Positions 41,109 to 53,330 of a stretch of DNA of 64,000 nucleotides are shown piece by piece (within the stretch, counting starts at the first letter, position 1; each line of letters opens with the position of its first letter). The stretch spans positions 339,388,001 through 339,452,000 of the forward strand of contig OZ024740.1 of assembly GCA_964016885.1 (NCBI GenBank). The letters run 5' to 3'. Below the pieces are notes generated by a model, which saw nothing but the letters and a program-made list of their open reading frames with translations, did not search any database and was not told the origin of the DNA. A program made the translations under genes and the position numbers. Source of the DNA: Eledone cirrhosa. Taxonomy: Eukaryota.

Positions 41109-41709
41109 TCATCATCATCATCATCATCATCACCGTTTTACGTCCGTTCTTCCACGCTAGCATGGGTTAGACGGGTTGTCCTGTTGTGGGCAGTGTCTGG
41201 TCGGCTGACCATGCCTTGCTCATACAGGAACTGATCTGGCTTGATTTCTACAGCTGGATGCCCTTCCTAACACCAACCTCATTTACAGTGAGTGCTGGGT
41301 GCTTTTTCGTGGCGCCTACACGTCCACTTTACAGTGTGGGCTGGGTGCTTTTTTGCCGTGGCACCTCCACGACCACCTTGCGGTGGGGGGAGGGGCATAT
41401 CGTTTATATGCTTCAGCATGTACCCATGGGAGGTCGGGTACCCTGTATTACTGCGTGACGCCAGAAGTCACGGTCGTGTGTCATTGACTTTGAGAGGTGT
41501 AGTTGGGTAAGGTCGGCTTTTATCACCTCATCCCAAGTCATCTTGGGTCTCCCCACTCCGCGGTTTCCATCAACTTCTAGTGCTCTGCACCTTTTTATGC
41601 AGCTGTCATCCTTCATACGCATCACATGTCCATACCAGCGTAACCGCCTCTCCTGCACGCAGCATTTGATTCCTCTTATGCTCAGTCTCTCTCTCAATTC
41701 ATTTATGCT
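41109..41709 (-). mobile_element. RTE lineage A 3' fragment
   Basis: ORF 41413-41697 matches the C-terminus of the 12908 copy; UTR and tail present. Confidence 0.94.
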
Positions 41710-41756
41710 AACAGTTGCTAACAGGGAAAGCAGATGTTAAAATGATGATGATGATG

Positions 41757-41816
<60 letters not shown>

Positions 41817-41820
<4 letters not shown>

Positions 41821-43162
41821 AACTAGGTGTTGATGAATGGCTTGTGAGAGCTATACAAGCCATGTATAAAGAAACAGTCAGCAAGGTTAGAATTAACAAC
41901 GAATATAGTGAAGAGTTTAGCGTAAGAGTTGGTGTTCATCAGGGCTCCGTTCTTAGCTCCCTACTATTTATTATTGCCCTTCATGCTATAACAGAGGAGT
42001 TCAAGACCAGCTGCCCATGGGAACTCCTACATGCAGATGATCTAACGCTCATAGCTGAATCAATGGCTGAACTAGAGAAGAAATTCCAAACATGGAAGCA
42101 TGGCCTAGAATCAAAAGGCCTTAAAGTTAACTTTAACAATAAGTAGCAGCAAGTGCCCACAGAATACTAGCTCATTCCATTGCACAGATGGTTCTATAGA
42201 AATAGTGGACACCTTCTGTTATCTGGGTGACAAAATCAACAGTGGGGAGGGTGCTCTGAAAGTACAGTAGCTAGAGTCAGAACGGGATGGAAAAAGTTCA
42301 GAGAGCTTATGCCACTATTGGCCGCTAAAGGGTTCTCTCTAAAAATGAAATGCAGGCTGTATGATACCTGCATACGACCAGCAATGTTACATGGCAGTGA
42401 GACCTGGGCATTGTGTGCAGAGGATATATGCAGACTGGAGAGAAACGAAGCTTGCATGCTCCGCTGGATGTGTAATAGTAATATATGTGAACGGCAAAGC
42501 ATAAACGAACTAAGGGAGAAATTAAAAATAAGAGGGATCAGATGTTGTTTACTCGAGAGAAGACTACGTTGGTATGGTCACATGATGCGCATGAAAGACG
42601 ACAGCTGTATGAAAAAGTGCAGGCCGATCAAAATTGACAGAGGTTATGGAGTAGGCAGATCCAGAAAATCCTGGGATGATTTGATAAATTCCGACCTTAT
42701 ACACTTACACCTCTCCAAGACAATGTCACTGGACCGAGATTTTGGCGCTACACAGTCATACAGAAGACCCGCCTTGCCTAAGTACAAAGCAAAACCTACA
42801 GTCAGTAGGCACCTCTAACAAAATACACCCCCGTCACACTACCCCACCCCATCCACACCACGCCCTGAAATATGAAGTTATGTTGGTACCACAACATCCA
42901 GTCCGAAACAAATGAGGTTGTGTAGGTGTCACGACAAAAAAAACACACAGTCCACGCTGTAATGTGGCCGTGTAGGAAACACGGTAAAAACCTCCCAGTC
43001 CACACTGTAAACGTGGTTGGTGTTAGGAAGGGCATCCAGCCATAGAAAACCCGCCAGACAGTCCTATACGAGCAGGAGAACCAATCTTGCCTCAAGTGGG
43101 AAAACTCCTGTCCAAACCCATGCAAGCATGGAAGATGGACGTTAAACGATGATGATGATGAT
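41817..43162 (+). mobile_element. RTE lineage B variant, truncated, with internal deletion of the Cys/His finger (~42132)
   Basis: [21 protein letters not shown]; frameshifts; UTR and tail. Confidence 0.93.
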
Positions 43163-43214
43163 GTACATATATATATATATTTACATATATATATATATAT
43201 GTATATGTACATAT

Positions 43215-43440
43215 ATCATCATCATCATCATCAGGTTTAGCGTCCGTGTTCCACGCTTGCATGGGTTTGGACGGGGGTTTTCCCACTTGAGGCAAGAGTG
43301 GTTGTCTTGCTCGCATAGGACTGTCTGGCGGGTTTTCTACAGTTGGATGCCCTTCCTAACACCAACCACATTTACAGTGTGGGGCTGGGAGGTTTTTACC
43401 GTGTTGCCTACACGGTATGCTAGACCATACCAACGTAGTG
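43215..43440 (-). mobile_element. RTE lineage B 3'UTR fragment
   Basis: Matches 15030-15215. Confidence 0.9.
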
Positions 43441-43482
43441 GCAACATATGTACATATACATATATATATATATATATGTATA

Positions 43483-43523
<41 letters not shown>

Positions 43524-43526
<3 letters not shown>

Positions 43527-44762
43527 TTAACTTGTCTAAGACTAAAGTTCTAGTATGTAGGAAGGAAAATAGGGCACAGGGCCCCTCTGGGAAATGGCCA
43601 TGCTCAGTGTGTAGGAAAGCAGAAGGCAGAAATTCCGTTTTATGTCCCAAATTCAAAGTATGGGTGCATAAAAGATGTAGTGGGATCACAGGTAAGCTAT
43701 CTAAGAACGTAGATTTTATGTGTGGCCGGTACTCAGGTGCAACAAGTAGCAAGTGCCCACAGGATACTAGCTCCTTCTACTGCCCAGATGGCTCTATAGA
43801 AATAGTGGACACCTTCCGTTACCTGGGTGACAAAATCAGCAGTGGTGGAGGGTGCTCAGAAATTACAGTAGCCAGAGTCAGAACGGGATGGAAAAAGTTC
43901 AGAGAGCTTATACTATTATTGGCTGCTAAAGGTCTCTCTAAAAATGAAAGGAAGACTGTATGATGCCTGCATATGAACAGCTATGTTACATGGCAGTGAG
44001 ACTTGGGAATTGTGTGCAGAGGACCTGCGCAGACTGGAAAGGAACGAAGCATGCATGCTCCGTTGGATATGTAATATACGTGAACAGCAAAGCATAAATG
44101 AACTAAGTTAGAAATTAGGTGTAAGTGGGATCAAATGCTGTTTACTCGAGAGAAGACTACGTTGGTATGGTCACGTGATGCGCATGAAAGACGACAGTTG
44201 TATAAAAAAGTGCAGGGCGATCAAAATTGACAGAAGTTATGGAGTAGGCAGATCCAGAAAAACCTGGAATGATTTGATAAATTCCGACCTTATACACTTA
44301 CACCTCTCCAACACAATGTCACTGGACCGAGATCTTTGGCACTACGCAGTAATACAGAAGACCCCCCTTGCCTAAGTACAAAGCGAAACCTACAGTCAGT
44401 AGGCACCTCCTAAGCAAAAATACACCCCCATCTCACTACCCCTACCCCACCTCCATCTACACCACCCCTTTCTCTGTAACGTTATGTTGGTACCACAATA
44501 TCCAGTCCTAAATAAATGAGGTCGTGTAGGTGTCACCACAAAAAAAAAATACACAGTCCACGCTGTAATGTGGCCGTGTAGGTAACACGGTCAAAACCTC
44601 CCAGTCCACACTGTAAACGTGGTTGGTGTTAGAAAGGGCATCCAGCCGTAGAAAACCCGCCAGAGAGTCCTATACGAGCGAGAAGACCAATCTTGCCTCA
44701 AGTGAGACAATTCCCGTCTAAACCCATGCTAGCATGGAAGATAGATGTTAAACGATGATGAT
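43524..44762 (+). mobile_element. RTE lineage B variant, truncated and decayed
   Basis: [25 protein letters not shown]; stops; UTR and tail. Confidence 0.93.
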
Positions 44763-44764
44763 AT

Positions 44765-44967
44765 ATAGGAAAATGTTTAACCCCGACGACAGAGCTGAAG
44801 CTGTTTTGAAGGCTATTTCTGGACTAAGGGTCCAGAAATAGCCCCCGAAAAGGCTTGAGCTCTGCCGTCGGGGTTAAACATTTTTCTATTACCCACTCTA
44901 CTACTCTAAGCATTGAGTACTCTGGTGCGTTATGGTCCATCTGGTTCCTTTCCACACCTCCTTCGTT
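44765..44967 (+). mobile_element. PLE-type pLTR folded back at hammerhead stem II (125-bp hairpin 44765-44889)
   Basis: GGCTATTTCTGGAC-TAAGG-GTCCAGAAATAGCC, GAAA 44847-44850, (C)GGC-TTGAGCTCT-GCC GTC GGGGTTAA; the 5' half is replaced by an inverted copy of the 3' half. Confidence 0.65.
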
Positions 44968-45029
44968 ATATATATATATATATACATATATATATACATT
45001 TATATATATATATCTATTCTATTATATCC

Positions 45030-45650
45030 GACTTCAACGAGGTCTCCGCGTGATCGGTTATAGGTATGGCTTACTATAACGTTCGTTTTATGAGGGGGGT
45101 GGTTTCTAGAGCTAGCGTTAGGGATGTATGAAATTCCTCGGTTAAAGCCGGCGCTTATCAAGGCCCTATTGTAGTAATCCGCCGCTTGGTTGAAGATATC
45201 CTCATTGGCGGATAGCCTCGAGATTCTATGTGAGATACTATAGACTATGGAGTTGAGAGTCTGCTTAGGGTGGTTGGAGGCATAATTAATATAAGAGAGG
45301 CACTCTCCAGGCTTATGGTATGGCTTGTATAAGCCCGTACTCAATTCCAGGGTCACGTCCAGGAAATTGACAACCCTGTGGTTGAGGTCCATAGTTACGG
45401 ATAGGCCGTATGACTTGAAGAACCTGTGTATATGTTTGTTAAGGTTCTCTATCCTACGTGGGCTATGGTTCCTAACGGTAAACAGGGCGTCGTCCCTATA
45501 TACACCTCCTTGTAGGGCCGGTATCTCTTCCCTAAGCTTATATAGGAGGTATATCCCAACCAGGTCAGTTGCTTGCGCTGAGTCACTGGACCCCATCGTG
45601 ACATCAAAGTTATCAGGACGGTTGGTTCTGGTCCAGTGGGAGCCTTCGAA
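45030..45650 (-). pseudogene. Penelope-like reverse transcriptase fragment (palm and thumb)
   Basis: [59 protein letters not shown]; both ends in (TA)n. Confidence 0.9.
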
Positions 45651-45653
45651 TAT

Positions 45654-45810
<157 letters not shown>

Positions 45811-45811
45811 T

Positions 45812-46301
45812 ATCATCATCATCATCATCATCATCGTTTAATGTCCGTGTTCCACGCTTGCATGGGTTTGGACGGAGGGTTTTCCCACTTGAGGCAAGAG
45901 TGGTTATCTTGCTCGCATAGGACTATCTGGCGGGTTTTCTACAGCTGGATGCCCTTCCTAACACCAACCACATTTACAGTGTGGGGCTGGGAAGTTTTTA
46001 CCGTGTTGCCTACACGGCCACATTACAGCGTGAACTGTGTGTTTTTTTACGTGACACCTACACGATCTCATTTGTTTCGGCCTGGATGTTGTGGCACCAA
46101 CATAACTTTACATTGAAAGGGGTGATGTGGATGGGGTGGTGGTGGTGGGACGGGGGTGTATTTTGTTAGAGATGCCTACTGACTGTAGTAGGTTTTACTT
46201 TGTACTTAGGTAAGGCAGGTCTTCTCTATTACTGAGTACCGCCAAAGGTCTCGGTCCAGTGACATTGTCTTGGTGAGGTGTAAGTGTGTGAGGTCGGAAT
46301 T
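45812..46301 (-). mobile_element. RTE lineage B 3' fragment
   Basis: [22 protein letters not shown] plus UTR and (ATC)n. Confidence 0.93.
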
Positions 46302-46333
<32 letters not shown>

Positions 46334-46346
46334 CATATACATATAT

Positions 46347-46397
<51 letters not shown>

Positions 46398-46445
46398 TAT
46401 AGATAGGTAAATATACACGGGTGTGTATGATTGTGTATAGAAGAT

Positions 46446-46832
46446 TATATTAATAAGAGGAATTCCAACTTTGTTTGATTTACTCGTTTTATTTACAATC
46501 CTTTAAAATATATAATGGTATTATAATGAAATAGTATGATAGAATATTAAATTCTAAGTGTTAATTGAACAAGTACTTTCATGCTTTCGCAATCTTCAGG
46601 TTCATAATATGTGGTGACAGTCGAGTTTGCAATTTTCATTGAAAATTGCAAACTCGACTGTCACCACATATTATGAACCTGAAGATTGCGAAAGCATGAA
46701 AGTACTTGTTCAATTAACACTTAGAATTTAATATTCTATCATACTATTTCATTATAATACCATTATATATTTTAAAGGATTGTAAATAAAACGAGTAAAT
46801 CAGACAAAGTTGGAATTCCTCTTATTAATATA
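46446..46832. repeat. 387-bp near-perfect palindrome (193-bp arms, 1-nt centre at 46639)
   Basis: Arms are reverse complements, with one mismatch seen; hammerhead on each arm. Confidence 0.95.
46674..46712 (+). ncRNA. Minimal type I hammerhead ribozyme (mirror at 46566-46604 on -)
   Basis: TGAAC/GTTCA stem I; CTGAAGA 46679-46685; T TGC-GAAA-GCA T; GAAA 46698-46701; palindromic GTAC; TT. Confidence 0.8.
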
Positions 46833-46864
<32 letters not shown>

Positions 46865-46880
46865 CATATATATATATAAT

Positions 46881-47077
<197 letters not shown>

Positions 47078-47947
47078 GGGGTAACAGATTATTGTTATAG
47101 GTAGTCCACTTAAGTGTAGTCCAGTTATGGTACTCCGAGTAGTGGATGATATCAACGCTTGGCTAAGTTTGACTCAACAAGGCGTTTCCATAGTGATGCT
47201 GTGAGTACGCGGTAATTTCTATGTTGTATTCTCACAAGCTCTGATGAATTGACTGGTTACAACTATGTATTGGTGATCGAATGACGTGAAAACAAGTGGG
47301 TAGCGATCTCTAGACCTACCAGTTCAGAGAAACAATTGTCAGCAATGAGATTAAAAACCTTTTTTGTATAGCAAACCATGTCACTCTTCTTTCCTGATAA
47401 ATTTTAGTACAGCATTGACGAAGCTTTAGAATACGGCCAAGCTAGCGTATATGCATAATCGGTCTGTAGCTTGAGCACTCAGATGAGGAAAGACCCCAGA
47501 GTAATTACATTACGTTCAGACAGCTTAGCAAATCAGATATAGTCGTCGGCAGTCCAGCCACATCACTAGAGCAACGAAAATACAGGACCCAGGAAAAGAT
47601 TTTATACTGACCCGGACATAGCAGTGAGGCTGAGTGCAAAATATATAACTTACATCGTATATCAACGATATACATCATATATAGCATCCAACATCAGCGC
47701 TAAGTTTCCTGCAAATCCAAGATCGACAAATTCCTATTGCAGGAGTCTGCAATATAATGGTTTTTTACGACAGAACATAGGATTTACTTCTTCAGCAAGT
47801 CTTTCGTTCTTAGCCTGAGCGGGTATGTTGTAGCTTTATATATATCCCAATTTAAGATGAATTTAAATCAAAATGAATTTAATCTAAATCAAATTATAGG
47901 TGTCATGCCAGAAAGACATGCACCATATCACCCGTAAAATAAGCTCT

Positions 47948-48010
47948 AAGATTCTAATGAATAGGTCCTGTTGGAACAGCTGGAGCTCAGCCATCGGGGT
48001 CCTGAATCTT
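47948..48010 (+). ncRNA. Degenerate hammerhead of the 44.8/35.5 kb family
   Basis: AAGATT CTAATGA ATAG-GTC-CTGT T GGAA CAGC TGGAGCTCA GCCA TC GGGG..GAATCTT. Confidence 0.5.
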
Positions 48011-48171
48011 TTCATATATATATATGTAATGACAACATAAGAGCAAGAATGATGGGGTCATTCTACTGAAATGGCTTTAAAGAGGCTTTTTGCATAATTG
48101 CAAACAAATCAAATATTATTATTAATATTCGAAAAACTCAGATTACATTTATTATATATATATATATTGTT

Positions 48172-48628
48172 TTGTTATACTTGGGGAGGGTCATATTGTA
48201 ATAATATTGCCAGAAATAATAACTGAACACACTCACTGTTTGGTTGGTTTTCGCTTCTGTATCTTTTATATCTCCATATTTAATTCATCCGGCCATCAAT
48301 GTTTATCATTCACTGACCAATGGTCAAAAATACATATATATAGTCTAACAAAGTTCTTTTGTTGCACATCTGCAACATCATCAGTGGTACTATTATGTTT
48401 CCACTGATGATGTTGCAGATGTGCAACAAAAGAACTTTGTTAGACTATATATATGTATTTATATCTGTATTTTTGACTGTTGGTCAGTGAATGATAAACA
48501 TTGATGGCCGGATGAATTAAATATGGAGATATAAAAGATACAGAAGTAAAAACCAATCAAACAGTGAGTGTGTTCAGTTATTATTTCTAGCAATATTATT
48601 ACAATATGATCCTCCCCAAGTATAGCAA
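48172..48628. mobile_element. PLE pLTR inverted pair (~216-228-bp arms, 13-bp spacer) with inactivated hammerhead on both arms
   Basis: Arms 48172-48387 and 48401-48628; CTGATGA T GTTGCA-GATG-TGCAAC AAAA; same family as 32413-32656. Confidence 0.8.
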
Positions 48629-48688
48629 TATTTGTTTCGACACACGATTTCATATCAAAAACCTCACAAAACATATATATATATATAT

Positions 48689-49012
48689 GGAGGCACATGG
48701 CTTAGTGGTTAGAGCATTGGCAATCGAAAGGTTGTGAGTTCAATTCTCAGACCGGGTGATGTGTTGTTTCCTTGAGCAAGACACTTTATTTCACATTGCT
48801 CCAGTTTACTCAGCTGTAGAAATGAGATGATAGGATTGTGGTCCCTCTCATTCCACTGTAAAGTGGACGTGTAGGTGCCATGGAAAAAAAGCACCCAGCA
48901 ATCACTGTAAATGAGGTTGGTGTTAGGAAGGTCATCCAGCTGTAGAAATCAAGCCAGAATTAGTTCCCGTCCCTTGCAAGCAGGGAAAAGTGGACGTAAA
49001 ATGATGATGATG
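48689..49012 (+). mobile_element. SINE family 2 with RTE-derived tail
   Basis: Close match to 31794-32138. Confidence 0.9.
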
Positions 49013-49235
49013 ATATATATATATATTCATCACCATTTTACGGCTATTTTTTCACAGTAGCATGGGTTAGATGAAGCATGGGATATATAAATATCCGTAT
49101 GTAGTTGCCCGCTGAGAAAAAAGAGTGCTCAATACTGAAGCAAAGTTTAAATATTCATTTTATTAAGGCTAAATAGTGAGTAACAAGACCCACTCTAAAA
49201 CCTTAATAAAATAAATATGTGTGTGTGTGTGTATA

Positions 49236-52200
49236 TCATCATCATCACCGTTTTACGTCCGTTCCTCCACGCTAGCATGGGTTAGACGGGTTGTCCTGTT
49301 GTGGGCAGTGTCTGGTCGGCTGACCATGCCTTGCTCATACAGGAACTGATTTGGCTTGATTTCTACAGCTGGATGCCCTTCCTAACACCAACCTCATTTA
49401 CAGTGAGTGCTGGCTGCTTTTTCGTGGCGCCTACACGTCCACTTTACAGTGTGGGCTGGGTGCTTTTTTGCCGTGGCACCTCCACGACCACCTTGCATTG
49501 GGGGGTGTGGGGGCATATTGTCTATATGCTTCAGCTTGTACCCATGGGAGGTCAGGTACTCTGTTTTACTGCGTGACGCCAGAAGTCACGGTCGTGTGTC
49601 ATTGCCTTTGAGAGGTGTAATTGGGTAAGGTCGGCTTTTATCACCTCATCCCAGGTCATCTTGGGTCTCCCCACTCCGCAGTTTCCATCAACTTCTAGTG
49701 CTCTGCACCTTTTTATGCAGCTGTCATCCTTCATACGCATCACATGTCCATACCAGCGCAACCGCCTCTCCTGCACACAGCATTTGATTCCTCTTATGCT
49801 CAGTCTCTCTCTCAATTCATTTATGCTTTGTCGTTCGTGTATATTACAATTACACATCCATCGGAGCATGCAGGCTTCGTTTCTCTCTAATCTATGTAAG
49901 TCTTCCACCTTCAGCGCCCAGGTCTCACTACCATGCAACATTGCTATTCGGATACACGCATCATACAGCCTGCCTTTCATTTTTAGGGAGAACCCTTTAG
50001 TGGCTAATAGTGGTATAAGCTCTCTGAACTTTTTCCATCCAGTTCTGCCTTTCATTCTGAAGGAGAAGCCTTTTGCAGCTAGCAGTGGTAGTAGTTCCCT
50101 AAACTTCTTCCATCCCGTTCTTACCCTAGTTATTGTACTTTCTGAACACCCACCTCCGCTGCTAATTCGGTCACCTAGGTAGCAGAAGCTGTCTACTGTT
50201 TCTACAGAGCCCTCCCAGAGATTGGTGGTACTTGTTTCCTGTGGCTGTTTGCTGCTTGCTGTCTCAGCACACCTGCTGCATGTGAAGTCTACATTCTTAA
50301 TTAAGCTTCCTGAGATCCCGCTACATCTCTTGTGTACCCATTGTTTGCATTTGGGGCAGAGAATGGAGTTCCTACCTACACCTTTCCTACATACTGAGCA
50401 AGGCCATTTCCCTGAGGGGATCTGGGTTCTGTTTTCTCGTCTACTTACAAGGACCTTAGTCTTTGTCATGTTGACTTTGAGACCCTTTCTTTCTAGTCCC
50501 TGCTTCCAAGTTTGGAATTTATTCTCTAGTTCTACCATAGATTCAGCTATGAGTGCGAGGTCATCAGCATACAGGAGTTCCCATGGGCATCTGGTCTTAA
50601 ACTCCTCCAACCTCTACGCTAAATTCCTCGCTATACTCATTGCTAATCCTAACTTTGCTGACTGCTTCCCTATACATGGCTTGTACCGCTTTCACAAGCC
50701 ATTCATCTACTCCTAGTTTTCTAAGAGCCCACCAGATTACAGCACGTGGAACTCTGTCAAAGGCTTTCTCAAGGTCAACAAATGCCAAGTAGAGTGGCTT
50801 ACTTTTAGCTAGGTACTTTTCCTGTAATTGCCTCACAAGGAAGAGGGCATCAGTGGTGCCTCTTCCTGGTACAAACCCAAATTGCATCTCGTCTATTTTC
50901 ACCCGGTCCCTAATCAACTGTGCTATAACTCTTTCTGTTACTTTCATGACCTGGTCCATCAACTTTATACCTCTATAGTTTCCTCTATCTAGTGCATCGC
51001 CTTTACCTTTGTAGCAGTTGACAATGATGCTACTGCACCAATCTTTTGGTATGGCACCTTCTAGTATTACCTGGTTAACAATACGTGTGGTTATAGTGTG
51101 ACCTACAGACCCAGATGCCTTCAGCATCTCGGCAGCTATACCCGATGGACCGGTTGCCTTCCCCATCTTCATATCTTTGATTGCCTTACTTACTACGCTG
51201 CTGCTGACTTGTACTGCTGGTCCCTCTGTAGGGTCTACTTGGGGTAGGGTCTCTTTTCCCATGCATTCTCCTCATTTAGTAATCCATCATAATGACTCTT
51301 CCATGCATCTTTCTTCTCAGCACTTGTGAGGGCAAGCTCACCTGTATCATTCCGGATACACTTCTCTCCAATGACATCACAACTATCTCTGACACACTGC
51401 CTCGCAATCTTGAATACCTCCTGTTTCTGGTCCTCACGTTGCAAAACATGCTTGAATTTTCTATCCTCTGCATCCCTCCTAGCTAAGTATACTTGTCGCC
51501 TAGCTTCCCTCTTGGTCTCTATGTAATGTACCCTGCTCCCCCCGTTCTTTCATTCTTTCCATGCCTGTCTCTTGGCCTTAACTCCTTCATCTACCTTATT
51601 GTTCCACCACCAAGTCACTCTCCTCCTGCTTGAGGTCTTACTCCAGCCACAGACCTCATCTGTCGCCTCTAGTAAATTATTTTTTAGGAACTCCCAGTTC
51701 TCTTCTACATTAAATGTCTCTATCTGTTCTTCTTTACTGTCGTAGGCGTTGAGTAAAATATCTTTAAATCTGTTACTGGTTGAGGGGACTTTCAGCTTCC
51801 AGATCTTTCTTCTCCAGGTTGGCCTCTGTTTCCGGGTTCGTCTAGTTCTGACCGTGAGGTCGCTGACAACTAAGCTATGTTGGGATGTACATTCCTCACT
51901 AGGGAAGGCTTTTGTGTTTACGACCGTCCATCTGTCACGTCCTCTGATGAGGATAAAATCTAACTGACTAGAGTGCTCCCCTGATCTATAGGTGATCAGG
52001 TGGTTGTCGGGTTTTTTAAAGTTTGTGTTACATATCGACATGTCATTGGTGTCGCAGAATTCTAGAAGTCTGAATCCTTCCTCATTCCTTGTGCCAACCC
52101 CATGGCCTCCATGTACTCTATTGAAGCCATCGCAGTGTTTACCTACGTGTCCGTTAAAATCTCCTGCGATGATTAGGAAGTCATTGTCGTCTGTTAGAGC

Positions 52201-52362
52201 AGTAGTATGCATTAGGGACTCGTAAAACCCATCCTTAAGTTCGTCTGGCAGCCCCGATTGGGGTGTGTAAGCTGATATTATTGTGGTAATTGTTTTATTC
52301 AGGACTAGTCTGATTTTAATGATTCTTGCATTTACCCTGTACACTGAGATTACTTTATCTAC
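49236..52362 (-). mobile_element. Longest RTE lineage A copy: APE endonuclease plus RT, disrupted
   Basis: APE motifs ISAYTP, IAGDFNGH, QLDFIL, SQH (51550-52344); [24 protein letters not shown]; deletion of the QGSVLSP region at ~50607; frameshifts. Confidence 0.96.
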
Positions 52363-52989
52363 CCATATATGTGTATATGTGTATGTATATATACTTTATC
52401 TACCCATATATGTATATATGTGTATGTATATATATATATATATATATAAGGTGAGTTGGCAGAATTATTTGGATGTCAGATAAACTGTCTTGCACAATAC
52501 ATTCTACTATCTTTGTTCTGAGTTGGAATCCAACCAAAGTCAACATTGCATTACATCCTTACAGTCAAGGGCTAAGTTTGATCTTCTTCTCTTGCTCTTT
52601 CATGTTCTGAAAGAAATTTGTTTTCTTTAGATGTGGAGAAGGCTAGGCTCCAGAAGGTTGAAAATGCTGAAGACATGAAGTATGCACCCCTATGATTCTA
52701 TTAGTTGGGGGTCCAATCCGTTCTTGCATGGGTTATATAGATAGAAAAGCAGATGTAAAAAGATTGATTACGTGTGTGTGTTTGTGTATACATTTAGTAT
52801 TGACAGTCCCAAGAATGAGTACTCAATACCTTAGTAGTGATTAATAATTTTTATTAAGGATGAGTCAGTGTCCTGTTTGTTGGGAGTTTCATCTCTAATC
52901 ATATAAACAAAACTTCAGAATAACAGGCCACTGACTTAACCTTAATAAAAAAAAATATGAATTTTTCTCCTCACCAGATTGCTGAGAAA

Positions 52990-53330
52990 GTTTGTGAGAA
53001 AAATTATGAACTGCATATGGTTTTATCCGTAAAATCTGTCCAGTGAGACATTCTAACCACATACCCATAGTATTGGAGCTGTAATGCCTCAATTCGGAGA
53101 AGTAGCAACTTTACCTGAAGCGAATCTCTTATCTCCGAGCTACACACTCTATTGAGTAACGCTAATCCAAAGACCCCTCTGCGGAACCCTATTTTAGCTG
53201 CTTGTATTTGCAATTGCATTCTTTTGGTCATTATCCAAGATTCATGATCATAGGTAAGGGTTGGCACAGATACCAAATTGAGGATTGCGAATTTCGCTTT
53301 TATGCCTACTTCCCTTCTTCTGATTCCCGA
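52990..53330 (-). mobile_element. Old RTE-clade RT C-terminal remnant
   Basis: VPTLTYDHESW..IQAAKIGF..SSEIR..LQV..QLQYYGYVVRM. Confidence 0.75.

Noticed and set aside
44800-44855. Possible SECIS element (some AT-targeting PLEs encode selenoproteins)
   Set aside because: Lacks the RUGA/GA quartet geometry; better explained as hammerhead stem II plus fold-back; no in-frame TGA in the RT fragment
47236-47310. CTGATGA...GAAA on + strand
   Set aside because: No convincing stem I/II/III pairing, so not called a hammerhead
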